This document shows positions 1-6,451 of a stretch of DNA of 16,691 bases, piece by piece; the first letter of the stretch is position 1; each line of letters begins with the position of its first letter. The notes below the pieces were generated by a model, which had not been told where the DNA came from, did not search any database, and saw only the letters and a list, made by a program, of their open reading frames with translations. Made by a program: the position numbers and the translations under genes. Origin of the DNA: Armatimonadota bacterium (lineage in GTDB: Bacteria; Sysuimicrobiota; Sysuimicrobiia; Sysuimicrobiales; Kaftiobacteriaceae); assembly GCA_037440005.1 (NCBI GenBank), contig JBBIUY010000043.1, forward strand, positions 5,524 through 22,214. Reading direction: 5' to 3'.

Positions 1-261
1 CGCGATATAACTCCCCTCTCCCCCCAGCCGGGGGGAGAGGGCTCGGGTGAGGGGGCCCCCACCCCCAATACCCCAAGTGGACGTTCCCTCTCCCCTGGGG
101 GAGAGGGCCAAGGTGAGGGGGACCGCAGTTCCCTCTCCCCCCAGCCGGGGGGTGAGGGGGGTTCCAACCCCCAATACCCCCATCTTGAAGCGGAAACGCG
201 GAAGCGCGATATAACTCCCCTCTCCCCCCAGCCGGGGGGAGAGGGCTCGGGTGAGGGGGGG

Positions 262-297
262 TTCAACCTTCAACCTTCAACCTTCCAACCTTCAACG
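262..297 (+). repeat. Heptamer tandem array (TTCAACC)x3 plus 2 variants
   Basis: ttcaacc ttcaacc ttcaacc ttccaacc ttcaacg. Confidence 0.95.
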
Positions 298-301
298 CCG
301 T

Positions 302-336
302 TAGACCGGGCAGACCGGGTCGACCGGGAAGACTCG
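302..336 (+). repeat. Degenerate 9-mer array (NNGACCGGG) x4
   Basis: tagaccggg cagaccggg tcgaccggg aagactcg. Confidence 0.85.
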
Positions 337-480
337 CCCTCTCCCCTCGGGGGAGAGGGCCCGGGTGAGGGGGCCCCAACCCCCAATACCCCAAGTGGAC
401 GTTCCCTCTCCCCCTGGGGGAGAGGGCCAGGCGAGGGGGACCACAGTTCCCTCTCCCCCCAGCCGGGGGGTGAGGGGGGT

Positions 481-680
481 TCCAACCCCCAATACCCCCA
501 TCTTGAAGCGGAAACGCGGAAGCGCGATATAACTCCCCTCTCCCCCCAGCCGGGGGGAGAGGGCTCGGGTGAGGGGGGGTTCCAACCCCCAATACCCCCA
601 TCCTGAAGCGGAAACGCGGAAGCGCGATATAACTCCCCTCTCCCCCCAGCCGGGGGGAGAGGGCTCGGGTGAGGGGGGGT
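481..680 (+). repeat. Tandem duplication of a 100-bp unit
   Basis: 481-580 and 581-680 are identical except T503/C603. A third copy lies at 163-262. Confidence 0.95.
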
Positions 681-729
681 TCAACCTTCAACCTTCAACC
701 TTCAACCTTCAACCTTCCAACCCTCAACG
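680..729 (+). repeat. Heptamer tandem array (TTCAACC)x5 plus 2 variants
   Basis: ttcaacc x5, ttccaacc, ctcaacg. Confidence 0.95.
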
Positions 730-733
730 CCGT

Positions 734-807
734 TAAGCCGGGCAGACCATGTAGACCCGTATTTGGACCGGGAGGACCGGGAAGACCGTGTAGACCGGGT
801 AGACTCG
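734..807 (+). repeat. Degenerate 9-mer array (NNGACCGGG) x8
   Basis: taagccggg cagaccatg tagacccgt (att) tggaccggg aggaccggg aagaccgtg tagaccggg tagactcg. Confidence 0.85.
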
Positions 808-849
808 ATTACCCCCAACCCCCCAACGCAGTCAGATCTCTGATCCCCG

Positions 850-2202
850 ATGCCTGATCCCGTAGTAAAAGCCATAACGGCCCCCACCATCGCCGTTCTC
901 GGCCTCGGCCACGTCGGCCTCCCCACCGCCCTGGGATTCGCCGAACTCGGCTGGCGGGTGGTCGGTGCCGACGACGACCAGGACAAAGCCGCCCGCATCC
1001 GCCGCGGCGAGCCCCCGTTCTACGAACCCGGCCTGGCCGACCTGCTGCGCCGGCACCTCGCCTCCGGCCGCTTCACCGTCGCCCCCACCGTCAGAGACGG
1101 CGTGCGCGAGGGCGACGTCCTGTTCGTCTGCGTCGGCACCCCCCAGCGCGACGACGGCTCCCCCGACCTCTCCCAGGTCGAGGCGGTGGCCCGCACCATC
1201 GCCAAAGACCTCAACGGCTACAAACTCATCGTCGAGAAGAGCACCACGCCCGTGCGGACCGCCGAGCAGATCCGCCGTACCATCCGCCGGTACCGTAACG
1301 GCGACCACGCCTTCGACGTGGCCGTCAACCCCGAGTTCCTGCGGGAGGGCAGCGCCTGCGCCGACGTCCTCCACCCCGACCGCATCGTCCTGGGCGTGGA
1401 CTCCGAGCGGGCCCGCGACCTGCTCCTGCGGGTGTACCGCCCTCTGCTGGACCGCCTGCCCCCGGAGCGCGTGGTCGTCACCGACCTGCACACCGCCGAG
1501 CTCATCAAGCACGCCAGCAACGCCTTCCTGGCCACCCGCATCTCCTTCATCAACATGATCGCCGACATGTGCGAGGCCACCGGGGCCGACGTGACCGAGG
1601 TGGCGCGCGGCATGGGGCTGGACCCCCGCATCGGCTCCGCCTACCTCCGGGCGGGTGCGGGGTTCGGCGGCTACTGCCTGCCCAAGGACCTGCGGGCGCT
1701 GATCCGCATCGGCGAGGACCTGGGCATAGACGTCGGGCTGCTGCGGGCCGTCGAGGAGGTCAACCGCCGGCGCACAGAGCGCATCGTCCGCAAGCTCGAG
1801 CAGGCCCTGTGGATCCTGCGGGGCAAGACGGTGGGTATCCTGGGCCTTGCCTTCAAGCCGGACACCGACGACGTCCGCGAAGCCCCGAGCCTGAAGGTCA
1901 TCGCCCGGCTGCGCGAGGAGGGGGTCCTGCTCCGGCTGCACGACCCGTGGGCGCAGGACAGCATGCGGGTGGTCGTCCCCGAAGACCCTCCCCGCGTCAC
2001 TTACTGCGCGTCGGCCTACGACGCCGCCCGCGGCGCCCACGCGGTCGTGGTCCTCACCGAGTGGCCGGAGTACGGCGACCTCGACCTCGCCCGGCTGGCC
2101 GCCCTGATGGAGACCCCGGTAATGGTCGACGGCCGCAACCTGTACGACCCCGCCGCCGCCCGCGCCGCCGGGTTCGACTACTACGGAGTCGGCCGGCGCT
2201 GA
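850..2202 (+). CDS. ugd: UDP-glucose 6-dehydrogenase (UDP-glucose/GDP-mannose dehydrogenase family)
   Basis: 450 aa. Rossmann GLGHVG, FVCVGTP, KSTTP, NPEFLREG, AELIKHASNAFLATRISFIN, catalytic GFGGYCLPKD, GLAFKPDTDDVREAPS, DGRN. Exact start is uncertain because there is no clear RBS. Confidence 0.93.
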   Translation: MPDPVVKAITAPTIAVLGLGHVGLPTALGFAELGWRVVGADDDQDKAARIRRGEPPFYEPGLADLLRRHLASGRFTVAPTVRDGVREGDVLFVCVGTPQRDDGSPDLSQVEAVARTIAKDLNGYKLIVEKSTTPVRTAEQIRRTIRRYRNGDHAFDVAVNPEFLREGSACADVLHPDRIVLGVDSERARDLLLRVYRPLLDRLPPERVVVTDLHTAELIKHASNAFLATRISFINMIADMCEATGADVTEVARGMGLDPRIGSAYLRAGAGFGGYCLPKDLRALIRIGEDLGIDVGLLRAVEEVNRRRTERIVRKLEQALWILRGKTVGILGLAFKPDTDDVREAPSLKVIARLREEGVLLRLHDPWAQDSMRVVVPEDPPRVTYCASAYDAARGAHAVVVLTEWPEYGDLDLARLAALMETPVMVDGRNLYDPAAARAAGFDYYGVGRR

Positions 2203-2213
2203 GTCCCCATCTC

Positions 2214-2460
2214 ATGGACAGCCTGGAAAGTCATGTCGTTGGTCCTGCCGCCCTTGCTCGTGCTCGCATCTGGGCCGGAAGGGATCTTTGGGCCGTTGCT
2301 GACTAGGCCCGTTCGCCGGCTCGAACTTCGTTCTGAACTTCCTCCTGGCCCGCTGGCTTTCGCCCGAGGAGTTGAGCCTTCGCCGTGGCCCTCTTGATAT
2401 TCTATCTCCTAGCCGGCCTCTACGGGCCCCTTGGTGGCTGCTCGGCAGCGGGTACAAGGA
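2214..2460 (+). pseudogene. Decayed 5' fragment of a Wzx-like flippase/polysaccharide export gene
   Basis: Joining frames from ATG 2214 gives ...LWAVAD*A/FAGSNFVLNFLLARWLSPEEL/AFAVALLIFYLLAGLYGPL. There is a TAG at 2304-2306 (CAG expected) and frameshifts near 2310 and 2375. It aligns by eye with the N-terminus of the 12820 protein (LWGAASQALNSASNFLLTLAAARLMGPEGVGVVTIAFTSYLFVLGFHRAL). Confidence 0.75.
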
Positions 2461-2624
2461 GCCGACCAATCCCGAGATGCGGAGGAGCCCACGATCCTCG
2501 AGCTCGCCCATCACGTGAATTGCATCGTGGCGCGGAAGTCCGGGGTCCGTACGCTGCCAGTACCGGTTGACGACTCGACACGAAGGCGTCCGGGCCTTGC
2601 GCGTGCACGCGAGCTACTGACTTT

Positions 2625-2650
2625 GGGTTATCACGACGGGTTATCACGAC
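2625..2650 (+). repeat. 13-bp perfect tandem direct repeat GGGTTATCACGAC x2
   Basis: 2625-2637 equals 2638-2650. Confidence 0.9.
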
Positions 2651-2707
2651 TTCGCTTGAGACGGGGCTTCGTGGGACGATCGCCGAGGCCGGAGGTCAGA
2701 TCCCCAG

Positions 2708-3592
2708 ATGAGCGGCACGCGTTTTCCCCGCCGCTCCAGTAGAGATCCCGATGTCGGAGCGGCTCCACGCCGTGCCTCCTCCCCAGGGCGGAGGTTGGGG
2801 GCCTTCCTCTGGGTGTCCCGGTTTATCCCACCAGGACTCAAGGGCGCGCTCCGCCGCCTCCCCGGGGTGGCAGCCCTCGCCGACCGGGTGTACGCGCATC
2901 GGGGGTTCGTCACGGCGCCCATCCCTGGCCTCGGCGTGCTCCTTGAGATCGATGCGAGGAATCCCCGCGAACGCGCTCTCATCATGGGTCATCACGAGCC
3001 GTACGTCGTTCGGTGGCTGCGCGAGACAGTCAAGCCCGGCTGGCGCTGCGTCGACGTGGGCGGCCATATCGGGTTCTATGCGGTTCAGCTGGGGCATCTC
3101 GTCGGTGAGATGGGCCAGGTGGTCGCCTTCGAACCGGAACCCGTCCTGGCGTCGCGGCTTGAGCGCAACGCGGCCCTTAACGGACTCCGGTGGGTAGCGG
3201 TGGAGCGCCTGGCGCTTGGAGACTCACCGGGCCGCGCCACCCTTTGGGTCGAGCGGACCCCCTCTGGGCCGGGGGGTACGAACTCGCTTGTTCGTCGAAA
3301 CTTCCCGGGTTCAGCCATCGAAGTCGAAACCATGCGGCTGGACGATTGGATCGCCGAACGGGGATGGGAGCGTCTCGACCTCGTCAAGATCGACGTGGAG
3401 GGGTTGGAGCCCCAGGTCCTGCAGGGGGCGGGCAGGACGCTCAAGCGCTTCCGACCTCTCGTCATTGCCGAATTCAACGACGAGCCCGCACGGAGGGCCG
3501 CGGAGACGATACTCAGAGAGCACCGCTACAGGATCCGCGAACTTGGACGGATGCCTTCCTGCATTCATGTAGTCGCTGAACCCCGGGGGTAG
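2708..3592 (+). CDS. FkbM-family SAM-dependent methyltransferase
   Basis: VDVGGHIGFYA SAM motif, VVAFEPEP, ALGD, RLDD, LVKIDVEGLEPQVLQG. GGAGG at 2691-2695. The true start could be further downstream. Confidence 0.9.
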   Translation: MSGTRFPRRSSRDPDVGAAPRRASSPGRRLGAFLWVSRFIPPGLKGALRRLPGVAALADRVYAHRGFVTAPIPGLGVLLEIDARNPRERALIMGHHEPYVVRWLRETVKPGWRCVDVGGHIGFYAVQLGHLVGEMGQVVAFEPEPVLASRLERNAALNGLRWVAVERLALGDSPGRATLWVERTPSGPGGTNSLVRRNFPGSAIEVETMRLDDWIAERGWERLDLVKIDVEGLEPQVLQGAGRTLKRFRPLVIAEFNDEPARRAAETILREHRYRIRELGRMPSCIHVVAEPRG

Positions 3593-3595
3593 GTT

Positions 3596-4561
3596 ATGCA
3601 GTCACCGTTGGTCACGGTGGTCATACCCGCGTTCAACGCCGCCGGCTTCATCGGAGATGCGCTTGGGGGCGTCCTGGCCCAGACGTACCGGAACCTCGAG
3701 GTTGTGGTTGTCGACGATGGTTCGACGGACGGAACGGCCTCCGTCGTCCGTGCGTTCACCGATTCACGGGTGAGACTGGTCAGTACCCCCAACGCTGGCG
3801 TTGGTGCGGCGCGCAATTGCGGTTGGCGCCTCGGACGAGGGGAGCTCGTCGCCTTCCTCGACGCAGATGACCGGTGGTTCCCTGAGAAGCTCCAAGTGCA
3901 GACCACCCTCTTGCGCGAGAGGCCAGAGGTCGGGCTGGTCGGGTGCCTCATGCAGTACATGACCGACTCGGGTCGGATCTTAGGCGTGACTGGGACACCC
4001 CTGATCACCGATGACGAGGTCGAACGCATCCGCAGGGCAGAGCTTATGCCCTTCCCAATCTCGTCGGTGGTCATGCGCCGCACCGTGCTCGAGCAGGTAG
4101 AAGGGTTCGACGAGACCTTGCAGCGCGCGTTCCCTGGCCTGGTGGAGGACATCGACCTGGTCGCCCGAGCGGCCCGCGTCTCCGGCGTCGCCTGTATCCC
4201 TCGGGTGTTGGGGGCGTACCGCGTGCACGGTGGCGGGGCGTCGGCCCGTCATTTCTTTTCTCAACGCCTCGGCGTGCGGTTCGTCCGCGCGCGTCTCGCC
4301 CGGCGTGACGCCGGGGGTGAGCTGACGATCGCCGAGTTCCTTGCCACATACCGTCTCTCTCATCGGCAACGGTGGGGTGACGTGGTGGCCTGGTGCTATC
4401 GCCAGGCCGGCCTGCATCTCGCCGAAGGGCGATGGGCAAAGAGCCTTTTCTACGGTTTACTCAGCGCGGGGCTTGGGCCCAGATATACGCTGAGGCGCCT
4501 TGTCCAGCAGCGGGTCTTCAACCGCGGGCGTACGTGGAATCGCCTAAGGCTGTGTCCGTGA
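3596..4561 (+). CDS. Glycosyltransferase family 2 (GT-A)
   Basis: VTVVIPAFNAA, VLAQTYRNLEVVVVDDGSTD, ARNCG, AFLDADD (DxD), EDIDL. Confidence 0.93.
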   Translation: MQSPLVTVVIPAFNAAGFIGDALGGVLAQTYRNLEVVVVDDGSTDGTASVVRAFTDSRVRLVSTPNAGVGAARNCGWRLGRGELVAFLDADDRWFPEKLQVQTTLLRERPEVGLVGCLMQYMTDSGRILGVTGTPLITDDEVERIRRAELMPFPISSVVMRRTVLEQVEGFDETLQRAFPGLVEDIDLVARAARVSGVACIPRVLGAYRVHGGGASARHFFSQRLGVRFVRARLARRDAGGELTIAEFLATYRLSHRQRWGDVVAWCYRQAGLHLAEGRWAKSLFYGLLSAGLGPRYTLRRLVQQRVFNRGRTWNRLRLCP

Positions 4562-5322
4562 TCGCTCAACGATACAGAACCGTCCGTGCCCTGCTCAGCT
4601 CCATGAGTACGTTGCCCGGCTGGGCACTGGTGAAGGACTGGGACGAACCGACCGCCTCCAAGGGGGACGTAGATCTCCTTGTCGACCCAATCTTTCTCGC
4701 CGAGGTCGAGAAGAGCATCTGGTACTTCCTAACTAGGCATAACCGTCAAGTCCTCGTAGCCTTCCGATGCACGCATATCCCAGACGTCCCTCGAATCTTA
4801 GCCCTCGCGCCGACCCTTGGCTTCGAGGCGGAGCTGCTCGAGATCGATCTTGCCACCGTCGTGCCCTTCCGCGGGTACCCGCTTCTCACATTCAAACGCC
4901 TCCAGTCCTTCGTGGTGCGGGATACGGACGGTGTCCCGCGCCTGGCACCCGAGGCGGAGGAGACGGTACGCTTCCTTTCAGGGCTGCGATGGCTTCGGCG
5001 GGCACCCGGCCCTCCAAGCCTCGGGGCGCAGAGGGTCCTCGTCTCGATCTCGCCGCGCCACCTGAGGCCCGTGTGGTCGTTGTATACCGCCCTGGGGAGG
5101 GTTTGGCCAGCCGTGCTGGCCTTGGGCATGCTTGGGACGGCGGTGCTCAAGCACCCGGACTTGGCGCTCAGCCGTGGGGTGTTCCGCGCACGCGAGCGCC
5201 TGTGTGGTTTGACGTGTCCATTCGACCCGCGGTACGGGCGTGGATCTCGCGCGGCGGACGCGCCGGCCGCCTTGGCGGAGCGCGCGCGTCGTTCCGGACA
5301 TGCGGTGGTGATCCGCAACTGA
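4558..5322 (+). CDS. Hypothetical protein (254 aa) with a nucleotidyltransferase-like GDVDLLV motif
   Basis: GTG 4558 overlaps the GT2 stop (GTGA), and its stop overlaps the next ATG. KGDVDLLVD plus downstream LEIDL resembles the Pol-beta-like NTase DxD...D triad. Function is inferred. Confidence 0.65.
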   Translation: MIAQRYRTVRALLSSMSTLPGWALVKDWDEPTASKGDVDLLVDPIFLAEVEKSIWYFLTRHNRQVLVAFRCTHIPDVPRILALAPTLGFEAELLEIDLATVVPFRGYPLLTFKRLQSFVVRDTDGVPRLAPEAEETVRFLSGLRWLRRAPGPPSLGAQRVLVSISPRHLRPVWSLYTALGRVWPAVLALGMLGTAVLKHPDLALSRGVFRARERLCGLTCPFDPRYGRGSRAADAPAALAERARRSGHAVVIRN

Positions 5323-6451
5323 TGCACGCCAACGTTCGGACCCGTGGCATCGCGATGTTTGTGCACGCGCTCGATGGCCGCTCCGTAGCACGAGTGGTGA
5401 TGACCCTCCGAGATGCCATCGAGGAGCTGGGCGTCCCGTGCTCCATCATCACCGTGCGGACCGAGGGGCAATCATCAGCGGTGAGCGAGCGGGTGGTCGT
5501 CCTCGGCGGCCCTGGGCGTCCGACGATGGCTGTTCTTCCGCGGCTGCAGCGGTCCGTCACTCTTCTCCAGCCGGCAGCGCTCGTCGCCCACGTCAGCGGG
5601 CCGAACCTCGCGGCCGCGCTGGGCCGGGCGATCGGATTGCTTCGTGTGCCTCGCCTCGCGCTGGTCGAGCATGTGGAGTGGGTCACGCACCCCAATTGGC
5701 GGTACCGGCGGCTTCGCGCGCTCTTCACGCGCACGCTCTATCCACGGGCGGATGTGGTCATCGGGGTGTCGCCTGACGTGTGCGCCGGACTCCAGCTGAT
5801 CGCGCCAGGGGTGCGGGGGAAGGTTGTCGTCATCCCGCCACCTCTCATCGCGCAGCCGCGCCCCCAGGACACATTCCCAGGCGCTTCGGACCCCTGGTTT
5901 TCCGAGGACAGGTCCTGGCCACTTGTCGTCACCGTCGGCAACGTCATCCCCGTAAGGATCACGAGACGCTGATTAGAGCGGCGGCGCTGCTCCGGGAGCC
6001 ACCGGTTCGAGTCGCGATTATCGGGCGGCCCGATGATCCCGTCCTCTTCCGCGAGCTTCAGCAGCTGGCCGCTGCCCTGGGCGTCGGGCAGCGCGTCCGG
6101 TTCCTCGGGTACCAGCCTGATCCCCTCGCGTTCGTCTCGAGGGCCGACGTCTTCGTACTCACGAGTCGTTCGGAGGGCTTCGGCATGGTCTTGGTGGAGG
6201 CCATGGCTGCGGGCACCCCGGTAGTGACCACGGACTGTCCCGGCGGGCCGCGGTGGATCTGCGAGGACGGGAGAGCGGGGCTGGTCGTCCCCGTGGGCGA
6301 CCCAAGCGCCCTGGCCGAGGCCATTCGATTGCTGATGTGCGACAGCGATTTGCGGCGGAAGCTGCGGGAGGCCGGACTCGCGCGGGCGCGGGAGTTCCAC
6401 CCGCGCGCGATCGCTCAACGTTACCTCGAGGTGGTCGGTTTACAGCGATGA
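5322..6451 (+). pseudogene. Glycosyltransferase family 4 split by a single-base frameshift near 5948-5955
   Basis: The N-half (IAMFVHALDGRSVARV...LYPRADVVIGVS...VVTVGNVIP) and the C-half (RKDHETLIRA...FLGYQPDP...SRSEGFGMVLVEAMAAGTPVVTTDCPGG) are in different frames. One added base in ATCCCCGTAAGGAT restores a 376-aa GT4. It may be a sequencing error. Confidence 0.85.

Larger units (their letters stand above)
13..679 (+). repeat. Nine same-orientation BoxC/REP-like imperfect palindromes
   Basis: Copies at about 13-55, 86-121, 131-161, 217-261, 337-373, 404-439, 449-479, 535-579 and 635-679. The core hairpin is CCCTCTCCCCCC-AGCC-GGGGGGAGAGGG followed by a GGGTGAGGG tail. Copies 131-161 and 449-479 share an internal deletion. 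The pyrimidine-5'/purine-3' layout resembles enterobacterial BoxC (family assignment is inference). Confidence 0.8.
1..830. repeat. Composite non-coding repeat block (palindromic elements plus short tandem arrays) upstream of ugd
   Basis: Seen directly: recurring CCCTCTCCC..GGGAGAGGG..GGTGAGGG elements, a 100-bp unit at 163-262, 481-580 and 581-680 (partial at 1-55), TTCAACC arrays and NNGACCGGG arrays. ORFs over the region are low-complexity repeat translations. The block probably continues left of the window. Confidence 0.95.

Noticed and set aside
1..830. CRISPR array
   Set aside because: The sequences between repeats are themselves repeated, spacing is irregular, and there are no cas genes in the window.
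263..857. ORFs 263-691(-), 270-485(-), 301-684(-), 669-857(+)
   Set aside because: Pro/Gly-rich translations of the repeats in several frames, with no domain motifs.
832..2040. 402-aa minus-strand ORF and the other long antisense or alternate-frame ORFs across the window
   Set aside because: Shadow ORFs of high-GC genes; the + strand frames carry the recognisable motifs.
2385..2742. ORFs 2385-2570 and 2431-2742 as real small genes
   Set aside because: The first is explained as part of the flippase relic. The second has no motif and overlaps the FkbM start.
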